From: an archaeon
GTDB lineage: Archaea > Nanobdellota > Nanobdellia > Pacearchaeales > GW2011-AR1
Length of the DNA stretch: 64,000 nt
NCBI GenBank assembly: GCA_018651605.1
Contig: JABIDS010000009.1
Span: 19,966-83,965, forward strand
Reading direction: 5' to 3'
Within the stretch, counting starts at the first letter, position 1; every line of letters begins with the position of its first letter. A program made the position numbers and the translations under genes. The notes under the pieces were generated by a model that worked only from the letters and a program-made list of their open reading frames with translations, was not told the DNA's origin and did not search any database. Positions 1 to 8,377 of this stretch are shown here, piece after piece.

Positions 1-99
1 ATTTAAGAATTTATATGAAAATCCTTTGCCTGTTTGGGATAAAGGTCCTGTTTGGGCTTGATGTGAGTTATTTTTGTAGGGGTAATTTGTTTGTTATTA

Positions 100-142
100 T
101 ATACAATATGTTTTTATATGTGTTTTTTCTAATATTGTAAAG
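100..142 (+). promoter_or_regulatory. putative archaeal promoter (TATA-like tttttatat ~30 bp upstream of the giant ORF start)
   Basis: AT-rich TTTATA-like box at ~104-112, about 30 nt upstream of ATG at 143. No SD, consistent with leaderless/short-leader archaeal transcripts. Confidence 0.3.
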
Positions 143-3100
143 ATGGTGTTGGAAAAAAAAGATGTGATTGGACATATAGAATTGACTTATATTTTGTTTG
201 TTCTTTTGTTTGTTTTGGTAGGGTTTTTGTTTAGTTTTGATTATGTTGTTGAGGAGTTTGTTAAGGAAGGTGTTGAGAGTGAGGGGGTTGGGGTTTTGGA
301 GGGTGGAGTGGAGGTTGGTGTTGGTTCTGAGGGTAGTGGTTTAGGGAGAGATGGTTTTGATGGTGATGAAAAGAAGAGTGGTTTTTTTAAGAGGATTTTT
401 GAGGGGTTGTTTGGTAAGGAGGAGGTTTTGTTTAGTCCTCCATCTATTGACTCTGTTTCTCCATTGAATGGATTATCAAAAACTGGTGAGGAACAAATAT
501 TTACTATAGAATATTCTGATCCTGAGGGATGGGAAGATTTAATCTATGGTTATGTTATTTTTGGAGCAGATTCATCTGATAGTAGGATTTTTTTAGAGTA
601 TAGGCATACTACAAAATTCGGATTAGTTAATGATAAAGGGATTATGACTTATCATTGTGATCCAGAATCAGATAATTTTTTATCTAATTCTTATGTAAAA
701 TTAGATTGTTCTAAATCTTTTGTTTCTGGTTCTGGAGATACTATGACTTTAACTTTAGCTTTAACATTTAAAGAGCCTTTTATTGGAAATTGGAAAATAC
801 TTTTAAGGACAAAAGATATTTCAGATAAAGATAAGGGTAAATGGGTGCCAATGGGGGATTGGGATGTTGAGGAAGGGGAGGTAATTATTGTTCCTGTTAA
901 ACCTCTTCCTCAAATGCGGGCACTTTATGGAGGGATTAATGAATTAAGAATTGGAGAGGGTGGGATAGATGCATACACTGATATGTTTAGGAGTTATGGA
1001 ATTAATACATTTATAACTAAACATTCTGGATTAAGAAATAATTTTATTTATGCTGATAGGTATCCAAATTCTCCTGAAAATTTTTATGAATCAATTTTAG
1101 ACCAGGCTGAGTGGGCTGAACAAAAAGGATTTGTTTTCTTTCCAATTATTGATTTTGTTCATAGGGTTAATGATCCTGATGATTTGGATGGGGATGAGAT
1201 TACAGTTTCTTCCATTACAGATAACTATGTTGTTTTTAGTGATGGTAGTGCGGGTTCACAAGTAACTCCTTTTGATGAGACTTATTGGGATTATTTAACT
1301 GATATTGCAGTGAGATTAGCAAGACTTTCAGAAAATTATGGCAAATATCGGGTTGATGGTTTAATGTTTGATTTTGAATTGTATAAAAGTGTAGAATTTG
1401 GAGAACCAAGAAAATTTGATAGGACTTTTGGTTTTGAAGATTCTACTTTTAATAATTATTTGGTTGATAGAGGTTTAGTTGAGTTGAATAGTCCTCCTAA
1501 GGAGTCTAATCAGAGGGCTGAAAGATATGATTGGTTAATAGATAATGGGAGATGGACTGATTATTATTCTTATCTTGAAGATACAATAGAAAAACTTGCA
1601 GAAAATATGAAGAGTGAGGTAAGAAAGGTTAATCCTGATTTCGTGTTAGGATTTTATCCTACGCCAGAGCCGCTTTATTTAATAGATATCCTTGATGGTT
1701 TTGGAAGTGAGGATGATCCTGCGGTTTTATTGGATACTTTTACTTATGCAATATCTTATATGGGATATTCTTATGGGGGAGAAGTAGTTCCAACAGGGAT
1801 TAGTCGTAATAGATTGCCTTCTGGTTATTTTGATGTAACTAAAAGATATCATCCTGAAAGAAATAAACCTGCGTATGCTTATTATCTTGGAGGAACAATA
1901 GCTGCTGCTTATGATCCTTTGGATTATGAAAATAAATTATATAATATTGGAAATGATGGAAATGGTTATTGGATTTATCAGGCTACTTTTTTTCTAAATG
2001 GTTTTAGGCCGGATTTACCGGGATGGGGATTACCTTGTAATAATGGGATTCGTTCTTTTAATTGTCCGAATGCTGATGCACATCAAGGTGCTGTTGACCA
2101 TTATTTGAATGAGATAAAAAATGCTAATTTAAGGTTGGGATGGGAGCCGTGTGTTCTTTCAAATGGAGGTGATGAAATATGTGATAATAAAGATAATGAT
2201 TGTAATGGAAAGGTTGATGATGGTGATTTGTGTGATAATGGAAATTATTGTGATGGTGTTGAAACTTGTTCTTCAGGAAGTTGTGTTGATGGTAGTGCTG
2301 TTGTATGTAATGATGGAATTGATTGTACTGATGATTTTTGTGATGAAGTAAATGATAAATGTGATGTAGATGAGTCTTCTTCTAGTTGTGGATGCCCTAA
2401 TGGTTTGGATTCAGAGTGTAGTAATGATGATGTTTGTGATGGTATTGAGAGTTGTAATACTGAAACTTTGGTTTGTATTGATGATGTGGATTTGGATTGT
2501 GATGGGAGTGATGTTTGTATTGATTATTCTTGTGACGCTGTTTTAGGTTGTCAAGAGAGTTTTAATAGTGCTGATTGTAATGATGGGGTTGATTGTACTT
2601 TGGGAGATAAATGTAATTTGGGTGATTGTTCTGGAACTCCTTATGATAGTGAGTGTGAATTTTTTTGGCAGTCTTGTAATCCTGTTTCTGGTTGTGAGCA
2701 GGCGAGTTGTAAGGATTGTAAGGATTGTGATACCTGGCTTGGTAGTTGTAGTTATAATGAATGTCATAATGAATGTGATTGGGGAGATGGTTGTTATTTT
2801 GAGAAGGATCCTTTGGGTGATGATTGTGTTCCATTAAGTGAAGGTTGTTCTTCTGTTGGTAGTTGTGGAGATTATTCTGTTGAGGAGTGTGTTAGTGATT
2901 TATGTGATAAGGCTCCTGTTGGTGGGAATGGTTGTGAGTTAGGTGAAAATAGGTTTGTAATTATGTCTTTTAGTCAGTATTTAGATGATTTTGCTGATGA
3001 ATGGCATCAATTAGTTCAACAGACATATATTCAAAATGAAAAAGTTATTAATAAGATATATATTGACGGTGTGTTAAGAAATACTGAAAAGTTTGAGGAT

Positions 3101-6100
3101 GCAGGAGGGTTGGTTAATAATTATGCTAATCTTAAGTTAGCTGTTGATTTGAATGGAGAAGTTGATGATGTTAAAATTTGGAATAGGGCTTTGAGTTCTA
3201 GTGAAGTTTTAGATGATAATAATGGTGTTTTGGTTTCTGATTCATTGATTGCACATTATAATTTTAATGAGGGTAGTGGGGTTGGAGTTGTGGATTCTGT
3301 AGGAGATAATGATGGTGTTCTTAATGGGGATGCAGTGAGAATTGATGGAGGAATTATTGATATTGGAACTTCAGGTTATATTGAAATTAAAGAAACTTCG
3401 GTGATGGATATTTCATTAACAGATGAGTATACTATTTCTGGTAGGTTTAAGTTATCTTCAGAAGAAACTGCAGGCAGTAGATATTTTTGGTCTGATTATT
3501 CTTGGATGAACTCAGGATTTATTGCTATAATTTTTCCTCGTGATCAGAAATTTTATTATTATAATACACATAAAGATTTGAGTGTTTGTGTTGATGCTAG
3601 TTATTGTGGGGATGGTGTTTGTGGTTTTGAGTCTGGAGAGAATTGTGGTGGTTGTGAGGAGGATTGTGGTTGTTCTGGTGAGACTCCTCATTGTTCTAGT
3701 GGGAATTGTGTTGAATGTGAGAGGCCTAGTGATTGTGATGATGGATTATATTGTAATGGTGTTGAAAGTTGTGTTGATGGAAGTTGTGTTGATGGAAGTG
3801 TTATTAATTTTGATGATAGAGTTGGTTGTACTATGGATAGTTGTGATGAAGTTAATGATGTGATTGTTAATGTTGTTGATGATGGTTTATGTCAGAATGG
3901 AGATTGGTGTGATGGTGTTGAGAGTTGTGACGCTGTTTTGGATTGTCAAGATGAGGTTGATCCTGATTGTAGTGATGTTTATAGTTGTAGTGTTGATAGT
4001 TGTAGTGAGGGGTCGGTAGTTGGGGATAATTTAGGTGTTTGTGATTATGATACTTCTGGTTGTGGATGTTTAGTTGATGGTGATTGTGATGATTCAAATG
4101 ATTGTACTGATGATTTTTGTAATGCTCAACGTGAATGTGATAAGACGAATAAGATTAATGGTTTTGTCTGTGATGATGGGAATTTATGTACTGAGGATGA
4201 TAAATGTTCTGTTGGGGTTTGTAGTGGTTCTGCTAGGGATTGTTCTTCTTTAAGTGATCAGTGTAATGATGGTGTTTGTGATTTAGATGATGGTTTGTGT
4301 AAGGCAGAGGTTAAGATTAATGGTTTGAGTTGTGATGATGGTTTGTTTTGTAGTGTTAGTGATGTTTGTGGGAATGGTGTTTGTGGTGGTTCTTCTAGAG
4401 ATTGTTCATCCTTTAATGATCAGTGTAATGATGGTGTTTGTGATGATGTTTTGAATTTGTGTAAGGCTGATGCTAAGGTTAATGGTTTGGATTGTGATGA
4501 TGAGGTTGATTGTACTGTTGAAGATAAATGTAGTTTTGGGGATTGTAAGGGTCGTGTTGATGATAATGAATGTGAAGATTGGGAATCTTGTAATCCTGTT
4601 TCTGATTGTGGGCAAGTAACTTGTTCAAGTTGTAAGGAATGTGATAGTTGGCTTAGTGGTTGTGATTATAATGAATGTCATAATGAATGTGATTGGGGGG
4701 ATGGATGTTATTTTGATTCTAAGTTTGGTGAGAATTGTGTTTCATTAGTTGATGGTTGTTCTTCTGTGGATAGTTGTGAGGATTATTCTAGTGAGGAATG
4801 TGTTAGTGATTTGTGTGGTAAGGCACCTTCTTCAAATGGGTGTGAACTTGATGGAGATGATTGTGTTGCTGTTAGTTATTGTGGGGATGGTGTTTGTGAT
4901 GTTGGTTCTGAAGATTGTAGTAGTTGTGTTGAAGATTGTAGTTGTTCTGGGAATGTTGATTTGAAGCAGTGTTCTAGTGGAAGTTGTGTTGAATGTTTGG
5001 AGGTTGATGATTGTGATGATGATAAGAGTTGTACTAATGATTTGTGTACAAATAATGTTTGTGTTTTTCCTGAGATTGATTCAGATGGAGATGGTTATGG
5101 TGCTTGTTTAGGTATAGGGTTTGATTGTGATGATGGGGACCGGGATGTTAATCCTGGGGTTGAAGAGAGTTGTAATAATGTTGATGATGATTGTGATGGT
5201 TTGACTGATGAGAGTTTGAGTCAGGCTACTAGTTGTGGTGTTGGTTTGTGTTTAGGTAATGTTGGTGTTGAAACTTGTTCTTTAGGTAGTTGGATTGGTG
5301 ATACATGTGATGAAGATGATGGTGCTGTTGATGAAGTTTGTAATAATGCCGACGATGATTGTGATGGTTCTACTGATGAGGGTTGTGCTTGTTCATTAGG
5401 TGATACTCAACCTTGTGGTAGTGATGTTGGAGAATGTGTTGCTGGTTCTCAAGTTTGTGATATTAATGGTATTTGGGGGGATTGTGTTGGTGGGCAAGGA
5501 CCTGTTGTTGAAATTTGTGATAATAAGGATAATGATTGTTCTAATGGGATTGATGATGGCTTGAGTAGGGGAACAAGTTGTGGGGTTGGGGCGTGTTCTG
5601 GGAATAGTGGGGTTGAAACTTGTTCTGCGGGTGTTTGGGGAAGTGATACATGTGATGATAAAGCTGGTGCTGTGAGTGATGCGAATTGTAATGGTGTTGA
5701 TGATGATTGTGATGGTTCTAAGGATGAAGATTATGTTTCGGTTGATACAAGTTGTGGGGTTGGGGAGTGTTTGGGGAATAGTGGTAGTTGGAGTTGTGTG
5801 AGTGGGAATGAGGTTGATAGTTGTGATGAATATGCTGGGAAGGTTGAAGAGAGTTGTGATGATGAAACTGGTTTTGATGGTTTGGATAATAATTGTGACG
5901 GTAATGTTGATTTAGATTGCGAATCTATTTGTGATAAAGATGGAGATGGTTATACAAATAATTTAATTTGTTTACCTGCTTGTTTAATTTATGGTTGGAA
6001 TTGTTTGAGTTTGGATTGTGATGATTCTAATGTAAATATAAATCCTAGAGAGGATGAATTATGTAATGGTATTGATGATGATTGTGATGGTGGAACAAGT

Positions 6101-7975
6101 GATGGAGTTGATGAGGATTGGTTTGGAGATGAGACAGGGTGTGGGGTTGGGGAGTGTGCTGCGGTTGGGGAACAATTATGTATAAATTCTCAAAAAACAA
6201 ATACATGTCAAGAAGGTGTTGCAGAGTTAGATGATAAGAGTTGTGATGGGAAGGATAATGATTGTAGTGGTGATGCTGATGAAGATTATATTTCTTTAGT
6301 TACTGATTGTGGTATTAATGAATGTTTGAGAATCGGGATAACATCATGTTCTAATGGAGAGGTTTTGGATTCTTGTGTTGTTGGAACTTCTGAACTAGAG
6401 ATTTGTGATGGTAAGGATAATGATTGTGATGGGAAATTTGATGAGGGTTGTGATTGTTTATTAGGTGATAGTCAACCTTGTGGGAGTGATGTTGGTGAAT
6501 GTGTTGTAGGTTTGCAGACTTGTAATATTAATGGTAATTGGGGAGATTGTGTTGGTGGTCAGGGTCCTGTAGAGGAGATTTGTGATGGTTTGGATAATAA
6601 TTGTGTTGGAGGGGTTGATGAAGGTGGAAATAGTTTATGTGATGATTCTATTGATTGTACTGATGATGTATGTAATGGTGTGAGTGAATGTTCTTATACT
6701 GAGAATCATGGTCTTTGTGAGAATAATTTATTTTGTGATGGAGAGGAAAGATGTAGTATTGATGAAGAGAAATGTATTTCTATAAAGACTCCTAATTGTG
6801 AGGATGTTTTTTCATGTACTGATGATTCTTGTGATGAGGGTTTGGATAAGTGTGTTAGTGATGAAAATTCTGGGAATTGTTTGACTGGGCAGATTTGCGA
6901 TGTTCTTAATTTTGTTGCTCCAACTGGTTGCGGTTATGTTGAGAATTGTGTTGATAAAGATGGTGATGGGTTGTATGATTATGATGAGAATTTTTGTTCG
7001 GAGGGTGTTGATGAGTGTTCTGGAACAAATAAGGGTTATTTTGTTAGGAATCCTTTTAAGTTGAATGATTATTTGCCTAAGGTTGGAAAGTTTAATATTC
7101 CTTCGGTGAATGCAGGAAATATTTTGAATTTTGAGAATTTTAGTGTTGAGTATAATGGGACTAAAATTAATTTTGTTGATAATGTTAGTTTGGTTAAAGT
7201 GAATGCTAGCGGTTGTTTTGAGGTTATTAATTTAAGTGAGATTGTTTTGTTTGAGGATGGTAAGTTGAGTGTGAATACGAGTTTGATGGATGGATTTGAT
7301 AAGCCTGCACTGTTGAAGTTTAGTGGAATTAATTTTGAGAACCCTCAGATTTATAGGGATGATGTTAAGTGTGTTGATTGCGAGATTATTAATTATTCTA
7401 AGGGAGAATTTTTAGAGGTCATGATTACTGGTTTTGTTTCTTATGATGTTAAGGAAGGGGCTTATTGTGGGGATGGTGTTTGTAATGGTGGTGATAGTTG
7501 TTCTAATTGCGTTGTTGATTGTGGGGTTTGTTCTGCAGGTGAGGGAGGTATTCTTGGAGGAGGTTCTGGGAGTTCTGGTGGTGGTGGTGGTGGGAGTCCT
7601 AGTGGTCCTAGTGGTCCAAGTGGAGGAAATCCTAGTGGTTTAAATATAAATCAAAGTAGTGTTGTAAATGTTTCTTATCCTAGTAGTTGTGTTGAAACTT
7701 GGTCTTGTAAGGATTGGAGTGAATGTAATGAGAGTGTTCAGAGAAGGGAGTGTTCGGATGTTAATGATTGTGGGAGTGAGGAGTATAAGCCTATTTTGGA
7801 GAAGGAATGTGTTGAGAAGAATAATGTTATAAAACTTGCTGTTGCATTTTTTATATCTTTTTTTGTTTCAGGAATAGTTGCTGTTTTGATTGTTGTTTAT
7901 TTTAAGATTAGGGATAGAAGGAAGAGTGTTATTAGAGATTTGCATAAGAATGGTTATCATGGGTTTAAGTGGTGA
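143..7975 (+). CDS. giant cysteine-rich cell-surface protein (2610 aa) with MopE-like CDxxDNDCDG metal-binding-type repeats, LamG/ConA-like blocks and C-terminal TM anchor
   Basis: Uninterrupted 7.8 kb ORF. N-terminal hydrophobic segment LTYILFVLLFVLVGFLFSF. Hundreds of Cys in repeated CxxxC and CDNKDNDCDG..DE units. Two blocks with a LamG-like signature (IYIDGVL...VDDVKIWNRALSSSEV). Gly/Ser/Pro linker GGGSGSSGGGGGGSPSGPSGPSGG. C-terminal TM LAVAFFISFFVSGIVAVLIVVYF followed by basic KIRDRRK. Confidence 0.85.
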   Translation: MVLEKKDVIGHIELTYILFVLLFVLVGFLFSFDYVVEEFVKEGVESEGVGVLEGGVEVGVGSEGSGLGRDGFDGDEKKSGFFKRIFEGLFGKEEVLFSPPSIDSVSPLNGLSKTGEEQIFTIEYSDPEGWEDLIYGYVIFGADSSDSRIFLEYRHTTKFGLVNDKGIMTYHCDPESDNFLSNSYVKLDCSKSFVSGSGDTMTLTLALTFKEPFIGNWKILLRTKDISDKDKGKWVPMGDWDVEEGEVIIVPVKPLPQMRALYGGINELRIGEGGIDAYTDMFRSYGINTFITKHSGLRNNFIYADRYPNSPENFYESILDQAEWAEQKGFVFFPIIDFVHRVNDPDDLDGDEITVSSITDNYVVFSDGSAGSQVTPFDETYWDYLTDIAVRLARLSENYGKYRVDGLMFDFELYKSVEFGEPRKFDRTFGFEDSTFNNYLVDRGLVELNSPPKESNQRAERYDWLIDNGRWTDYYSYLEDTIEKLAENMKSEVRKVNPDFVLGFYPTPEPLYLIDILDGFGSEDDPAVLLDTFTYAISYMGYSYGGEVVPTGISRNRLPSGYFDVTKRYHPERNKPAYAYYLGGTIAAAYDPLDYENKLYNIGNDGNGYWIYQATFFLNGFRPDLPGWGLPCNNGIRSFNCPNADAHQGAVDHYLNEIKNANLRLGWEPCVLSNGGDEICDNKDNDCNGKVDDGDLCDNGNYCDGVETCSSGSCVDGSAVVCNDGIDCTDDFCDEVNDKCDVDESSSSCGCPNGLDSECSNDDVCDGIESCNTETLVCIDDVDLDCDGSDVCIDYSCDAVLGCQESFNSADCNDGVDCTLGDKCNLGDCSGTPYDSECEFFWQSCNPVSGCEQASCKDCKDCDTWLGSCSYNECHNECDWGDGCYFEKDPLGDDCVPLSEGCSSVGSCGDYSVEECVSDLCDKAPVGGNGCELGENRFVIMSFSQYLDDFADEWHQLVQQTYIQNEKVINKIYIDGVLRNTEKFEDAGGLVNNYANLKLAVDLNGEVDDVKIWNRALSSSEVLDDNNGVLVSDSLIAHYNFNEGSGVGVVDSVGDNDGVLNGDAVRIDGGIIDIGTSGYIEIKETSVMDISLTDEYTISGRFKLSSEETAGSRYFWSDYSWMNSGFIAIIFPRDQKFYYYNTHKDLSVCVDASYCGDGVCGFESGENCGGCEEDCGCSGETPHCSSGNCVECERPSDCDDGLYCNGVESCVDGSCVDGSVINFDDRVGCTMDSCDEVNDVIVNVVDDGLCQNGDWCDGVESCDAVLDCQDEVDPDCSDVYSCSVDSCSEGSVVGDNLGVCDYDTSGCGCLVDGDCDDSNDCTDDFCNAQRECDKTNKINGFVCDDGNLCTEDDKCSVGVCSGSARDCSSLSDQCNDGVCDLDDGLCKAEVKINGLSCDDGLFCSVSDVCGNGVCGGSSRDCSSFNDQCNDGVCDDVLNLCKADAKVNGLDCDDEVDCTVEDKCSFGDCKGRVDDNECEDWESCNPVSDCGQVTCSSCKECDSWLSGCDYNECHNECDWGDGCYFDSKFGENCVSLVDGCSSVDSCEDYSSEECVSDLCGKAPSSNGCELDGDDCVAVSYCGDGVCDVGSEDCSSCVEDCSCSGNVDLKQCSSGSCVECLEVDDCDDDKSCTNDLCTNNVCVFPEIDSDGDGYGACLGIGFDCDDGDRDVNPGVEESCNNVDDDCDGLTDESLSQATSCGVGLCLGNVGVETCSLGSWIGDTCDEDDGAVDEVCNNADDDCDGSTDEGCACSLGDTQPCGSDVGECVAGSQVCDINGIWGDCVGGQGPVVEICDNKDNDCSNGIDDGLSRGTSCGVGACSGNSGVETCSAGVWGSDTCDDKAGAVSDANCNGVDDDCDGSKDEDYVSVDTSCGVGECLGNSGSWSCVSGNEVDSCDEYAGKVEESCDDETGFDGLDNNCDGNVDLDCESICDKDGDGYTNNLICLPACLIYGWNCLSLDCDDSNVNINPREDELCNGIDDDCDGGTSDGVDEDWFGDETGCGVGECAAVGEQLCINSQKTNTCQEGVAELDDKSCDGKDNDCSGDADEDYISLVTDCGINECLRIGITSCSNGEVLDSCVVGTSELEICDGKDNDCDGKFDEGCDCLLGDSQPCGSDVGECVVGLQTCNINGNWGDCVGGQGPVEEICDGLDNNCVGGVDEGGNSLCDDSIDCTDDVCNGVSECSYTENHGLCENNLFCDGEERCSIDEEKCISIKTPNCEDVFSCTDDSCDEGLDKCVSDENSGNCLTGQICDVLNFVAPTGCGYVENCVDKDGDGLYDYDENFCSEGVDECSGTNKGYFVRNPFKLNDYLPKVGKFNIPSVNAGNILNFENFSVEYNGTKINFVDNVSLVKVNASGCFEVINLSEIVLFEDGKLSVNTSLMDGFDKPALLKFSGINFENPQIYRDDVKCVDCEIINYSKGEFLEVMITGFVSYDVKEGAYCGDGVCNGGDSCSNCVVDCGVCSAGEGGILGGGSGSSGGGGGGSPSGPSGPSGGNPSGLNINQSSVVNVSYPSSCVETWSCKDWSECNESVQRRECSDVNDCGSEEYKPILEKECVEKNNVIKLAVAFFISFFVSGIVAVLIVVYFKIRDRRKSVIRDLHKNGYHGFKW

Positions 7976-7989
7976 TTTGGTTGGGTTGG

Positions 7990-8370
7990 ATTTTCCACCA
8001 CCCACGGAAAGCCGGTTTCACCTTTCCCTTTCCGTGCCGTTGCAGTCTTAAAAAGTTGTTAGAGGGTTTATTTATTCAGAGGAGTTTTCTTTGGTTGTTG
8101 TTAAGAGATTGGTTTGGTTATAGATGGGAAAGGTGTTTTGTAGAGAGTTTAAGATTTAGGAGATTCAGAGAATTAAAAATTCTCTGACTTAGAAAAATAA
8201 GCTATAAGCCCTATTATTTTTCTAATTTCAGTATTTAGCGGAGCGCCCTGACTAAGTCGGGTGCGAGAGCGATATAAAATAAGTTATGAGCTGAAGGAGA
8301 ATGAATCATGGATGGAATAAATGAACCGAAAGAGAATGAATCTATGCGAGCGATAGTGAATGAATCTAAT
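7990..8370 (+). repeat. interspersed repeat family A, copy 1 (structured intergenic element, ~380 bp, contains 9-bp-arm palindrome and an inverted GAC-loop hairpin)
   Basis: Shares blocks (cGGAAAgccg; caCTTTCCCTTTCC; ttgttagaGGGTTTATTTATTCAGAGgag; ATAAGCCC; aaaTAAGTTATGAGC; GAATGAATCTAtGCGAGCG) with copies at 11735-11885 and 56345-56630. Palindrome cagagaatt/aattctctg at 8166-8188. Segment gcggagcgccctgactaagtcgggtgcgagagcg resembles the reverse complement of the hairpins at 45560 and 46799. Confidence 0.7.
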
Positions 8371-8377
8371 CTTTTAA

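Noticed and set aside
2151-7643. Short ORFs (66-93 aa) on both strands inside the giant gene (e.g. 2151..2351, 2543..2834, 3582..3863, 4406..4615, 7434..7643)
   Set aside because: They lie fully inside a 7.8-kb ORF with coherent domain architecture. Their products are low-complexity (poly-V/I/M or N/H/Y-rich), typical of out-of-frame readings of a GT-rich repetitive gene.
7969-8187. 72-aa ORF immediately after the giant gene
   Set aside because: Overlaps repeat family A copy 1. Cys/Arg/Phe-rich nonsense-like sequence. Better explained as a non-coding repeat.
7990-8370. Repeat family A as a known RNA gene (RNase P RNA, SRP RNA, rRNA fragment, intron-containing tRNA)
   Set aside because: No P4 helix/GNRA-type conserved RNase P blocks, no SRP Alu/S-domain motifs and no cloverleaf could be traced. 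The three copies also differ greatly in length, which is more consistent with a repeat or mobile element.
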